Notes under the pieces: generated by a model
Database searches by the model: none
What the model was told of the DNA's origin: nothing
The model's input: the letters and a program-made list of their open reading frames with translations, nothing else
In this document: positions 1 to 9,543 of the stretch, in pieces
Position numbering within the stretch: the first letter of the stretch is position 1
Layout: each line of letters opens with the position of its first letter
Program-made: the position numbers and the translations under genes
DNA from: an uncultured Candidatus Saccharibacteria bacterium
Lineage (GTDB): Bacteria; Patescibacteriota; JACPGU01
Direction of reading: 5' to 3'
NCBI GenBank assembly: GCA_964355795.1
Contig: CAYHEQ010000001.1
Coordinates: 9,849-73,848, forward strand
Length of the DNA: 64,000 nucleotides

Positions 1-286
1 ATCGCCGTTCCCTATCCGCGTGAATTTGTGTCTTCCCGTCTGCGTCCATCTGCGTCAAGTCTGCGCTAGTCTGCACTAGAGATTCCCATTCCCCTACTTC
101 CTTTTGCAATTCCCCCAATTCCCGCATCAAAACTCCGGCCGTCTTGGAATCCTGCCAAAAATTAGGAGCCGAGGAGAGAGCTTTTATTTCCTCAATCCTC
201 TTGTAGACTCCCCTATCGATTAGATTTTGCTTGCCCTTCGTAGCTTCGGATAACAATTCCTCGGCCGTTAATACTTCATGCATATT

Positions 287-1081
287 CTACATTATTACAG
301 TAGCTTTTTCATATAACATCGGTAAGCAATCCTGCCTCATACGAAATTTTGTTCCATGATTGTGGCCAGTACGAGCATCAAAATCAACAAGAATTTTGCC
401 TTCTTCAAGCGCTTTCAAAAATCCTTCGAAACTGAATTTTTGTAGCATGGTTACTCTCGTGTAATGGTAAAATTCTTTTTTGCGTCTAATCTCTACCTCT
501 GCCTGTACATAAAAAGTGTTAAGCAATTTTGTTCCTGCTTTATGCTCCAGATCATCAAAACCCCAATAGGGCTGGGGGTTAAGTTCGCCCAACCCAACCT
601 GTTTTTCAACTTGTTTTAGCCACGCCTTATGTCTTTTATCTACACACTGTGAGTCAAATGAAATTAAAATTTTTCGCTCTTCGCGGTCGATTATAACCCT
701 AAATCCCCTATCACTCCTTGAGTTTCCATGAATAGTCTGACGAAAGCTCATTTCGCCTTTTGGATATTTCTTCCCATCTTCCTGATGGGCCCAACCATAT
801 AAAGGCAATAAAACTTGTGAGACAAAACGAATTGCGCGAGGAGATGGTTCGGTGTGAAAGAGTGTCGTGAGTGATGTTGAGTTTAGGCGTTGCGCTTTAA
901 GCTCCCATTCAGCAGCATTTGGAATCGGTAGATTGTTTTCTTCAATACCAAGCAGATCCTCCAATGTATTGCCGATTCCACCGTGGTTCCCCCTTCGCGC
1001 ATTTGGAATAAACCCCATTTCGGAGATCTCTTTGAGTTTTGTTACCAAAGCTGGTTTCGTGTAAATAGTTGGTTTTTTCAT
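287..1081 (-). CDS. MvaI/BcnI-family type II restriction endonuclease
   Basis: GIGNTLEDLLGI-ENN...ELKAQR...TTLF and HNHGTKFR motifs typical of the family; ATG at 1081, adjacent to the MTase stop. Confidence 0.85.
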   Translation of the reverse strand: MKKPTIYTKPALVTKLKEISEMGFIPNARRGNHGGIGNTLEDLLGIEENNLPIPNAAEWELKAQRLNSTSLTTLFHTEPSPRAIRFVSQVLLPLYGWAHQEDGKKYPKGEMSFRQTIHGNSRSDRGFRVIIDREERKILISFDSQCVDKRHKAWLKQVEKQVGLGELNPQPYWGFDDLEHKAGTKLLNTFYVQAEVEIRRKKEFYHYTRVTMLQKFSFEGFLKALEEGKILVDFDARTGHNHGTKFRMRQDCLPMLYEKATVIM

Positions 1082-1082
1082 A

Positions 1083-1829
1083 TTAAAATAGCTTAGTTTG
1101 TGCTTTATGATTTTTAATTCTTTTTTTTGCTGATTCGCAATACTCTGGCGAAATATCAATGCCGATATAATTACGCTTGAAGTTTATTGCAGAAATCGCC
1201 GTTGTGCCAGAACCCATAAATGGATCGAGAATAGTCTTGGCGTTTGTTGATGAGATAATCTTGTCTATAAGCTTTATAGGAAAGGGAGCGGGATGCCCAT
1301 TCTTCATTTCCTGGGACACCTCCCAAATATCACCGAGAGCATTTGCTTTTTTTACTAGTTCAAATTTTGGCTTTGCAATAAGATAAATTACCTCATAAGT
1401 TGGCAAGAAATAGCCTGCGTTAAAATTTAAACCACCAGCGCGCTTCCAAATAATAACTTGCCGAACTGGAAATCCATCAACTATATCTTGGCGGTCTTGC
1501 AATAATCCTCCTTGAACACGCCATTTATGATTATAGAAGATTGCCCCGTTATCTGGAATAATTCGCATCATTTCAGTTAGACAATCTCTTTGCCACTTTA
1601 CATATTTTTCATGTGGCATATTGTCGTCATAATGTGAGTACCCATTTTGCAGGGCGGCATTCGCCCATTTTCCGCCCCTTCCATCTTTCATGCCATTACC
1701 AGTAGAATTTTTAAGATTATATGGTGGCGAAGTCACAATTAAATCAACCGAGCCGTTCGGTATTTTTTTCATTATATCTATTGCGTCTCCGCATATAATC
1801 CTATCTATAAACTCATGCGTGTCTTGCAT
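1083..1829 (-). CDS. Site-specific DNA methyltransferase (N4-C/N6-A, beta class)
   Basis: TSPPY motif IV precedes DPFMGSGTT motif I; HPAPFP. Confidence 0.93.
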   Translation of the reverse strand: MQDTHEFIDRIICGDAIDIMKKIPNGSVDLIVTSPPYNLKNSTGNGMKDGRGGKWANAALQNGYSHYDDNMPHEKYVKWQRDCLTEMMRIIPDNGAIFYNHKWRVQGGLLQDRQDIVDGFPVRQVIIWKRAGGLNFNAGYFLPTYEVIYLIAKPKFELVKKANALGDIWEVSQEMKNGHPAPFPIKLIDKIISSTNAKTILDPFMGSGTTAISAINFKRNYIGIDISPEYCESAKKRIKNHKAQTKLF

Positions 1830-1890
1830 AAATTAATTATAACCTGAATTTAATTTTTGATAAATAGCCATCGTATACATAATATCCCCC

Positions 1891-1924
1891 ACTAAAAAAC
1901 CCGCCTTGCGACGGGTTCTTTAGT
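1891..1924 (-). terminator. Intrinsic terminator-like hairpin after the DUF11 gene
   Basis: actaaaaaacccg-ccttgcga-cgggttctttagt; U-tract on the minus strand. Confidence 0.55.
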
Positions 1925-1975
1925 TTTCTACTATCTGTAATCAGTATGTCTGTACCATCCGTAATCCGTAGAAAA

Positions 1976-3979
1976 TTATCTCTTGATCAATTTGGCCGCT
2001 TTGCTCAAAGCGTTGCTTTCTTTCAAGTAAATGGAAGAAGCGATAGCGCCAAACAAGGCAAGCAAGATCAGAGCGGCAATACTACCGGGCGTACCCGTAT
2101 CAGGCAAAGTACCGCCATCAGCCATAAGGTTGAAAGTGGCCAAGCTTGATACTTGAGCGGCGCCATCAGCGTTACCGGTGCCGGTAAAGCTCAATTGCGT
2201 AATATTGCTTGGCGTGTCCTGTTTTACTTTGACGGTGAAGTCCAGATAGCCGGCAGCTCCTTTGGCTAAAGAGCCGATAGAAGCTCCGGAAGAAATCACG
2301 CTGTCAGAGGTAGAAACAGTAGAGCCATTTACTACCACCTTCATACTACCGGCAATGTATTGTAGATTGGCTGGCAGGCTGTTGGTGATGCGAACATTGG
2401 TCAAGTCGCTATCGCCGTTGTTGGCAAAAGCCACACGAATGACAGCTGATTGACCGCGCTTGATAGTCAGCGCGCGCACATAGTTTTTGTTCACCGCGTC
2501 GTAGATAGAAGAAGTGATAGACAAAGACTTGCCGACTGGGGTAATATCCCCCTCTACCGTCACCTTACCACCATTGTCGTTAAGATTAACGGCGCCACTA
2601 TTAGAATAATAGTAGTTTGAGGTTGAGTAAGGACCACCAGCAACAGCGTTGGAGGCAACACGAACTTTGTAGTTCACATAGCCCCAGCTACCTACTGGGA
2701 TGTCAGGCATAACAACACCATTGGCAGAAACAATCGCATCGTTTAGGCCAACCCAAGTGGCGTTAGCGAAATAGAAACGAGAGTAATTACCAACATATTC
2801 CAAACCTGCTGGGATTTGAGCCTTGAAGACTCCACCCGTTAGAGGCGTAGTGCCAGTGTTGCTTACTTGCACTCTGTAGAACAGCTCTTCGCCACGCTTG
2901 GCAGTAGCTGAACTGACATAGTACTGATCATGACGAGTTTCGTTCAAAACTGTCGAAATGATACGAGCAGAAGCAACGGGGGCAGGCGTAACTCCAGAGA
3001 CCTCTACCGTCACCTTACCACCATTGTCGTTAAGATTAACGGCGCCACTATTAGAATAATAGTAGTTTGAGGTTGAGTAAGGACCACCAGCAACAGCGTT
3101 GGAGGCAACACGAACTTTGTAGTTCACATAGCCCCAGCTACCTACTGGGATGTCAGGCATAACAACACCATTGGCAGAAACAATCGCATCGTTTAGGCCA
3201 ACCCAAGTGGCGTTAGCGAAATAGAAACGAGAGTAATTACCAACATATTCCAAACCTGCTGGGATTTGAGCCTTGAAGACCCCACCCGTTAGAGGTGTAG
3301 TGCCAGTGTTGCTTACTTGCACTCTGTAGAACAGCTCTTCGCCACGCTTAGCGGTAGCTGAACTGACATAGTATTGATCATGACGAGTTTCGTTCAAAAC
3401 TGTCGAAATGATACGAGCAGAAGCAACAGGGGCAGGCGCGGTATTGCCATCAGATGGAGTGCCAGCTATTACCGTTGTCTTAGCTCTACTGTCGCCAATA
3501 TTAACGCCACCACCATTAGCAAAAACTTGAGTGGTTGGGGCAACTACAGTACCGGCAGTAGCGCTAGAAGCTACTTGGGTCTTGAAAGAAACATACACAT
3601 GAGTCATTGGCGGAACATCCTGCAAATTAACGCCATTTTCCGCAATAAGAGCATCCGACAATTGGACGACACTATTAGCGGTAGCGCCAACAGGCTTCCA
3701 GTAAAACTTTCCGCTACCAGGAACAAAATTTAAGCCAGCAGGAACAACAACGCGAGAGACAACTCCCTTAAGAGTTGTGGCCGTAACATTGTCGATAATA
3801 ACACTATACATCAGCGTATCGCCAGGCTTGGCAGAAGTTTGAGTAGTCCACTTCTTGTCGCTAGAAACATTGGCTACTTCGGAAGCTACAGAAACTGAAC
3901 CAGCGATAGCCAAAGCAGGAGCGACAATAGCCGTAATCATAGCGAAGACGGCTACGGAATTGATAAGTTTTTTTAACAT
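1976..3979 (-). CDS. Secreted DUF11-repeat surface protein with LPDTG-TM-basic tail
   Basis: Signal peptide; four Ig-like DUF11-type repeats (AKPGDTLMYSVII, AKRGEELFYRVQVSNTG); C-terminal LPDTG, hydrophobic helix and KLIKR. Confidence 0.8.
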   Translation of the reverse strand: MLKKLINSVAVFAMITAIVAPALAIAGSVSVASEVANVSSDKKWTTQTSAKPGDTLMYSVIIDNVTATTLKGVVSRVVVPAGLNFVPGSGKFYWKPVGATANSVVQLSDALIAENGVNLQDVPPMTHVYVSFKTQVASSATAGTVVAPTTQVFANGGGVNIGDSRAKTTVIAGTPSDGNTAPAPVASARIISTVLNETRHDQYYVSSATAKRGEELFYRVQVSNTGTTPLTGGVFKAQIPAGLEYVGNYSRFYFANATWVGLNDAIVSANGVVMPDIPVGSWGYVNYKVRVASNAVAGGPYSTSNYYYSNSGAVNLNDNGGKVTVEVSGVTPAPVASARIISTVLNETRHDQYYVSSATAKRGEELFYRVQVSNTGTTPLTGGVFKAQIPAGLEYVGNYSRFYFANATWVGLNDAIVSANGVVMPDIPVGSWGYVNYKVRVASNAVAGGPYSTSNYYYSNSGAVNLNDNGGKVTVEGDITPVGKSLSITSSIYDAVNKNYVRALTIKRGQSAVIRVAFANNGDSDLTNVRITNSLPANLQYIAGSMKVVVNGSTVSTSDSVISSGASIGSLAKGAAGYLDFTVKVKQDTPSNITQLSFTGTGNADGAAQVSSLATFNLMADGGTLPDTGTPGSIAALILLALFGAIASSIYLKESNALSKAAKLIKR
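2551..3438. repeat. Intragenic tandem duplication, period 450 bp (2551-2988 vs 3001-3438)
   Basis: Near-identical copies; I counted six substitutions, all synonymous. Confidence 0.95.
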
Positions 3980-4121
3980 AATTTTTCTCCATTTTCAAAT
4001 CGCTTGTTTTTTTGCTTTTTTGCGCCTATCGACCAGGATTTCTCCCAGTAAGACGTTTTGGCTTATGGCCAGAAAAGCGAAGCGATTAATGATTAATAAT
4101 TAATTTTTAATTTCTTATTTT

Positions 4122-4189
4122 TCCCGACGCGTTATATTTTTTAATATAATGAAGTCGGGATCCCGATTTCGCGATAGCGAACATCGGGA
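4122..4189. repeat. Double-hairpin element TCCCGAC..GTCGGGA/TCCCGAT..ATCGGGA, copy 1
   Basis: Nearly identical copy at 30791-30858; related ends at 36704-36766. Confidence 0.85.
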
Positions 4190-4244
4190 CTTATTTTTTT
4201 AATTTAATGCTCAATATCCAGTTGAGGAAAACAAAAAGAGAGAA

Positions 4245-4282
4245 TGTGGCCCCGACGATACCTTCGGTATGTCGGGGCCACA
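4245..4282 (-). terminator. Strong GC hairpin downstream of the GC-rich island genes
   Basis: tgtggccccgac...gtcggggccaca followed by a pyrimidine-rich tract on the minus strand. Confidence 0.6.
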
Positions 4283-4302
4283 AAGAAAATACAAAGGAAA
4301 CC

Positions 4303-4365
4303 TTACGGCAGTTGGGGATCTCCCGGGAAGGAGAAACCGCCACTAAGGCTAAAATTGAACAACAT
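4303..4365 (-). CDS. Candidate 20-aa peptide MLFNFSLSGGFSFPGDPQLP
   Basis: AGGAGGTG Shine-Dalgarno 7 nt upstream of ATG; followed by a hairpin terminator. Confidence 0.4.
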   Translation of the reverse strand: MLFNFSLSGGFSFPGDPQLP

Positions 4366-4397
4366 GGCGGTTCACCTCCTTCCTTAGAGGAGAACCC

Positions 4398-5720
4398 TCA
4401 GTCAGACTCCGGGTGATCGGCGCCTTGGCTGAAAAAGTCGGTGGCGCCGCTTCCGGCCTGGTTGAAAATGTTGGCCGTGTCGGTAAGCGCGGCGGTCGTT
4501 GCCGCGTTGTTCATCTGGGTCTCCGCCGGCGCAGTTGTCGCCCACGAAATTGTCGCCTGATTGGCCGAGCCCACCCCTGTCTGGGGCTGACTGGACAGTT
4601 GCGCCGAATTCTCCGGCGTGGTGTGGTCCCGATCGGGATCACCTTCCGGTATTTCCGGATGATCGGCTCCGCCGGTCTGGCCTCCGGATGTCTGCCCGCA
4701 ATTTCCGCATCCGCGGTCCTTGCCGAACCAGTCGTCCTTGGCCCAATCGGGCAGAATTAAATCGCCCAGCTGGTAAGTGGTCGCCACTCCGCCAATTACG
4801 CGGAAAACGTTGCCCTCTTTCCAGCCCTGACGTATTGCGTCGGTGGTCATGGAGCGCAGACCTCGTTGAGATCCATTCCAGATCTTTTTGAAGCCTTTCT
4901 CCTTCTTGGCCGCCGGAGCGTTGCAAACACCGCTCCACTTCCTCACCCAGTCCCAGTCTTCCTTCTTATAGCCGGGTGAGCCGATGTAGGGCACCAGCGC
5001 TGCGATGGCCTTGCAGAAACGGGTTTGGTCTTCCAATTTGAAAGCGGTAGAGGCTTCCGACCAAAGCGGCCCCAAGTCTTTCCCGCTCTTCCCGCCCGGA
5101 GAACCGAAATCCTTCTTGGGCTCCTGTTTTCCGGCGGTCTGCTCGCCCGTATCCTTCGGCCCCGTCTTGACGCCCGCGCCCGCGTTCTGCGACGCTGGCT
5201 TCTTGCCCGCGCCCGTTTCAGGCTTCCAGCCGACCAGAGCCTTGTTCAGATTCGTCTGGCCGTCAATTAAGGCCGGCATTTGATTGTCGGCCATCTTGTC
5301 GACCTTGACCTTGATTCCTTTCACATTCTCGGCCATTCCCGGGAGATGAGAAGCGTGCCCTTCGATCTTCTTGACATTCTTGTCGACTCGATCGAGAGCA
5401 TTGGACATGTGAGGCAAAACTTTCGTGTTCTCCTTGATGTCCCTGATGTCCTTGACCGCTCCCGGAAGACCATCCGTATTGCTCTTGATGCCCTTCACGT
5501 CATCGGCCATTCCCGGAAGCACGGACAGCTTGTCCAGCATCTTCTCTTCCGTGGTTGGCTCGCCCGCCTCCACTTCCGGCGCCAGAATGTTTTCCGCCAC
5601 TGAAGCGGGACTCTGCGCCGTTTTCATCTCCCGATTGTTCTTAAGCCAGAAAAAACTCGAGGTGAGAATCACCCCGACGAGAAGCGCCAACCCGATGGTC
5701 AACCAATGCTTTCTGTTCAC
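4398..5720 (-). CDS. Hypothetical membrane-anchored coiled-coil protein (GC-rich gene)
   Basis: ORF 4398-5825; probable GTG start at 5720 after GGAGGTG; N-terminal TM helix and about 17-aa LPGM-x-x-x-V-K-G-I-K repeats. Confidence 0.7.
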   Translation of the reverse strand: MNRKHWLTIGLALLVGVILTSSFFWLKNNREMKTAQSPASVAENILAPEVEAGEPTTEEKMLDKLSVLPGMADDVKGIKSNTDGLPGAVKDIRDIKENTKVLPHMSNALDRVDKNVKKIEGHASHLPGMAENVKGIKVKVDKMADNQMPALIDGQTNLNKALVGWKPETGAGKKPASQNAGAGVKTGPKDTGEQTAGKQEPKKDFGSPGGKSGKDLGPLWSEASTAFKLEDQTRFCKAIAALVPYIGSPGYKKEDWDWVRKWSGVCNAPAAKKEKGFKKIWNGSQRGLRSMTTDAIRQGWKEGNVFRVIGGVATTYQLGDLILPDWAKDDWFGKDRGCGNCGQTSGGQTGGADHPEIPEGDPDRDHTTPENSAQLSSQPQTGVGSANQATISWATTAPAETQMNNAATTAALTDTANIFNQAGSGATDFFSQGADHPESD

Positions 5721-6389
5721 TTGAACACCTCCGAAATTTTCTAGCGGTGGCGATGAGCCACAGCCGTCCTGCTCCGTTTTTGAAAAAACGGTTCGGCTTT
5801 CTTCCAAATTCAAACCGTTCCCCAACGGTTTTGAACTCTTCCGAAAGCGCTCATCCCTTCACCTCGCCTCCCTTAGTAATATTGCGAAGCGAAAAGAAAT
5901 TTTTCACACTGTTGAGAGAAACAAAAAAACCAAAAAATAAACAACTTTGTAATTACATAGTAATTAGCTCATCCCGAATGCTCGGGATTCGCGTAACTAA
6001 TAGTAACTTGTTGCTTTTTTGGTTTTTATTTTTTCCGCACCTATCCGTATGAATCCGTTTAGAATCCGTGGATATCCGTGCTTTTCGTTCCCCTCAACTG
6101 GATATTTGAGTTTTGCTTGCCTTGTTATTAAAGAACTGACGTGGCATTTATTTCAACCACAAAAAACCCGGGGTAGTCTGGACAGATTACCTCTGGTTTT
6201 TTATGTTCGCAATAAAAATGCTTTTCGCCATGTTCATCTGGTGAAAATTAGTCTTTTCAATTTCTTGGCCATTTTAACACACTTCTCGGGAACCTGTCAA
6301 GGCTTTTTCTCTTGGGCTAGCCAAAAACAAAAGAGAGCCCACGCCCTCCTTGGAAACTACTACTAATTTAACTCAAAAAAACTACCCCG

Positions 6390-7451
6390 TCAAGAGGCTT
6401 CCTCTTCCGGCCTCTCTACCTGAACTTCGTCCAGTAGCTCCCTCTCCACTCCGCTGATTTTCACCACATCTTTGTCAATTTTCTTGAATTCCTTGTGCGC
6501 GACGTTATAGGCGTTAACGGTCGTGGACAAATTACCGCCCAATTTTTTCATATACTCGTCATATTTTCTGATATGCGTATCCAAATCCCCCACTCTTTTA
6601 ATGATTTCCTGCGTAGATTTCTGGATTTGCATCTGCTTCAAGCCCTGCAGAATAGTCTGGAGAAAAGCGTAAAAAGAATTAGGACTGACGATATTGACCC
6701 GTTTTTTGCCCGCGTATTCTATGAGATCGGCAGCATTCACTCCCGCGTCGCCCACTTTATTGATCAAAAGATCGTAATAAATCGCTTCCGACGGGATGAA
6801 CATCAGAGCAAAATCCATCGTCCCATTTTTCGGTTGAATATACTTGGCCGTCTCATCTATTCTATTTTTCAGATCCTGCTTGAAGGCTTTTTCTAGCTTT
6901 TCACGCACATCTTTTTCTTTACACTCTATTATTCTCGTATAATTTTCCAACGAAAATTTGGAATCAATAGGAATTATTTTGTCTTGGAGGAATATCGCCG
7001 CGTCCACGACTAAATCCGCGCCTTTGTCATCTTTACCAACCTTATACTGCATCTCATAAACACTGGGCGGCAAAACGTTTTTTAACACTGTTTCCAAATA
7101 ATATTCGCCGAGCACTCCCCGTCTTTTCGGATTTTGCAAAATATCCTGGAGAGATTGCAATTGGTCTGCGAATCCTACCACCTGTTTGTTCGTTTCGGAG
7201 AGTTTCGTCAGCTGTTCCGTCACATCAGAAATGATTTTCGCTGACTGGCCAAATTGTATTTGCATGGACTTCTGCGACTCCCCCAATTTGGTGTCCATCG
7301 TCTCCGTCAGTTTTTGCAACTGATTTTGGAGCAGTAATAATTGTCCATCGTTTTTCTCCTCCGGCTTTTTCTTGAGCGCAAAAAACATCGCGACTACCGA
7401 AATCGCCAATAACCCGACAAGACCAACCAAAATAAATAAAAGCGTATTCAT
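6390..7451 (-). CDS. rmuC: DNA recombination protein RmuC
   Basis: N-terminal TM and coiled coil; RGVLGE, PIDSKFSLENY, TMDFALMFIPSE motifs. Confidence 0.93.
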   Translation of the reverse strand: MNTLLFILVGLVGLLAISVVAMFFALKKKPEEKNDGQLLLLQNQLQKLTETMDTKLGESQKSMQIQFGQSAKIISDVTEQLTKLSETNKQVVGFADQLQSLQDILQNPKRRGVLGEYYLETVLKNVLPPSVYEMQYKVGKDDKGADLVVDAAIFLQDKIIPIDSKFSLENYTRIIECKEKDVREKLEKAFKQDLKNRIDETAKYIQPKNGTMDFALMFIPSEAIYYDLLINKVGDAGVNAADLIEYAGKKRVNIVSPNSFYAFLQTILQGLKQMQIQKSTQEIIKRVGDLDTHIRKYDEYMKKLGGNLSTTVNAYNVAHKEFKKIDKDVVKISGVERELLDEVQVERPEEEAS

Positions 7452-7818
7452 TAAACAATCATACAAAAAATAGCCATATTTTGCAATAAATAAAACTACC
7501 CCCTTTCGGGGGATAAGTTCCATAGAGGGTGTTGCTTTTTCATCGCTATCTTCATTAATCTCTTGCTGAGAAAAGAATCAAGCTCTATTACTAAAACAAC
7601 TTCTCCAATGACCCAAGAAATGAGATTTCTCCCAACAAAGGCGGTGGGTTGCGTAAAGCAACACTGCCTAGCCTCTTCAAGAGTAGGCTCTGGGACACGC
7701 ACGGTAAGCTGTGCCTTCTCAACATCATTATTAACAATTTGATATTAAAAGCAATACCACTTTACTACCAGAACAAGATAGGTATAGGTATGGACGCCAC
7801 CATAGCCATTGGTGTTGT

Positions 7819-8331
7819 CTATTGATTTATCTCTGGATGTTCTTCTAAATATCTATCTCTAATGTATACTCCCAACGTTGGTGCTGTATTCTCCATATTG
7901 CGATCGGGATTATTGTAGAAAAATACTTTCAAAAAATCCATGGATTGAGTATCCGATAAAGTATACACCGATCTTATAGATAAAATCTCTACATCATGTT
8001 TCAACCTTGGCTTCTCATTATCTATAATACTGAAAAAGTTAGTCTTATTATCGGCAAATACCTTAGGAAAACTTAAATCTTCTAGTAATTTATTACCTGC
8101 CTCTGTAAGCCTTAGAGGGCTATAACTTTCCAGTTCTCGGTGATCAAACATAATGCTGGTATTGCCTATCAGGGCATCCGCCACTACCTTTATATTGACT
8201 TTTACCTTTTCCATAGTTTTTTCAAGAGAAGACAGTATTTGGAGTTTCCTTCCAATATAGATACACCCACCAATGATAGCTGGTATACCTATAATGATTA
8301 TTGCCTTGTTCGTAAGGTTTAGCCAATCCAT
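7819..8331 (-). CDS. Hypothetical protein with N-terminal TM helix
   Basis: Long ORF with an SPLRLTEAG motif; no function recognised. Confidence 0.6.
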   Translation of the reverse strand: MDWLNLTNKAIIIIGIPAIIGGCIYIGRKLQILSSLEKTMEKVKVNIKVVADALIGNTSIMFDHRELESYSPLRLTEAGNKLLEDLSFPKVFADNKTNFFSIIDNEKPRLKHDVEILSIRSVYTLSDTQSMDFLKVFFYNNPDRNMENTAPTLGVYIRDRYLEEHPEINQ

Positions 8332-8425
8332 ATATTTTTTTACCGATATCAGCCTAAACATATCAGTAGCACGACACTATTTCAATAGCATTTATCTGCA
8401 CTATATCATCTCTTGCAAATATCTA

Positions 8426-9169
8426 TTATTTCTTTGATAAAATTTTTATAGTCGTATCCGATTGAAGCCTTAGCTTATCATATGTGTAAACAGAATCTCC
8501 CCTCTTTATGAAAGCTTTGCCATTAAGCAAAAAGTTTTCGTTTCTAGAGAATGTATCAGCTAAATCGAAAATCTCTTTGTCATATATTGTTTCCTCTTGA
8601 ATCATCGGCTCTAGAGATATACCCTTGAGCGACCCAGTACGCACCACCATTGTCCTTGATAATTTATCGTGCCAAGCACTACCGCTAAAAAGAAAGGACA
8701 ATGGCTCAAATGGTATAAACCTAGAAATTGTTCTCACGAGAGCTTGATCCACTGTCTGGCTCGTACCGCCTAAATCCACAACACTCGTGCGAGTGATGAA
8801 TTTACCTGGAGTCTTACCGATAGATACCTCAAATAGGAAATAGTAGAGAAAATATAATAGTAGACCAAAAACAGAGTTGCCATGGGATGCCGAAGGCGTG
8901 ATAATATAAAAAATTGCTTCAAGCACGCCTATGCACAAAGTGTCTATAATGAAACCGTAAAATCTAGTGCTAAATGGCACCAGCCTAAGAGCATAAGGAT
9001 GTGTATTTTGTTTTAGCTTAAATATGCGTCGTTCTCTGAATAATTCTTCTTTTATCTTTTTTCCCAAAGCTTTCTTATTATCATTCTTTGTGCTACCTAA
9101 AACACCTCCACATTTAGAGCAGAATCTTGCCTTATCCCCAACCTTATTCCCGCACTTCACACAGTGCAT
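8426..9169 (-). CDS. Zinc-ribbon plus RDD-family membrane protein
   Basis: CxxC...FCxxCG, then RFYGFIID...GKTPGK...HDKLSRTMVV. Confidence 0.85.
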   Translation of the reverse strand: MHCVKCGNKVGDKARFCSKCGGVLGSTKNDNKKALGKKIKEELFRERRIFKLKQNTHPYALRLVPFSTRFYGFIIDTLCIGVLEAIFYIITPSASHGNSVFGLLLYFLYYFLFEVSIGKTPGKFITRTSVVDLGGTSQTVDQALVRTISRFIPFEPLSFLFSGSAWHDKLSRTMVVRTGSLKGISLEPMIQEETIYDKEIFDLADTFSRNENFLLNGKAFIKRGDSVYTYDKLRLQSDTTIKILSKK

Positions 9170-9188
9170 ATCGTCAGAAATTATATTC

Positions 9189-9476
9189 TTATAAACCATT
9201 TTCATGCAGGCATTTCTGGTACTCTTCGCCATAAAACTTATACCTAACATCTCCAGCTTGTCTAACGCAATTCTTTTTTATATTCACTGGCCTCAGTTCA
9301 AACCAATAAAATAAAAATCCAACGACAAGTAGTATCAAAATAAACCAAGCATATTTCATATTATTGCGCATTCTGTTCTTTTTTGTACCGCCAGCAATAC
9401 TTATTGCTGACAAACCACAAAATTCACAAAAGGTGGCTTCTTTCTCTATTTTTTTACCACAATTTTCACAGAACAT
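9189..9476 (-). CDS. Zinc-ribbon membrane protein
   Basis: MFCENCG...FCEFCG plus one TM helix. Confidence 0.7.
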   Translation of the reverse strand: MFCENCGKKIEKEATFCEFCGLSAISIAGGTKKNRMRNNMKYAWFILILLVVGFLFYWFELRPVNIKKNCVRQAGDVRYKFYGEEYQKCLHENGL

Positions 9477-9543
9477 AGCAAATTGATTACTTATGATATT
9501 CGCGATGTTATTATACCACACATGGTGTTCTTGCATTAAAATT

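Noticed and set aside
287-1829. R-M pair as a novel defence system
   Set aside because: Ordinary type II MTase plus MvaI/BcnI-family nuclease arrangement
2551-3438. Possible DGR template/variable repeat pair
   Set aside because: Differences are few, synonymous and not adenine-directed; both copies are in frame in one ORF; no reverse transcriptase in the window
4413-5724. Multiple plus-strand ORFs in the GC-rich island
   Set aside because: Antisense shadows expected from high GC; the minus-strand ORF has the SD site and coherent protein features
7496-7702. 68-aa ORF upstream of rmuC
   Set aside because: No recognisable motif or RBS; may be a remnant, so it was not called
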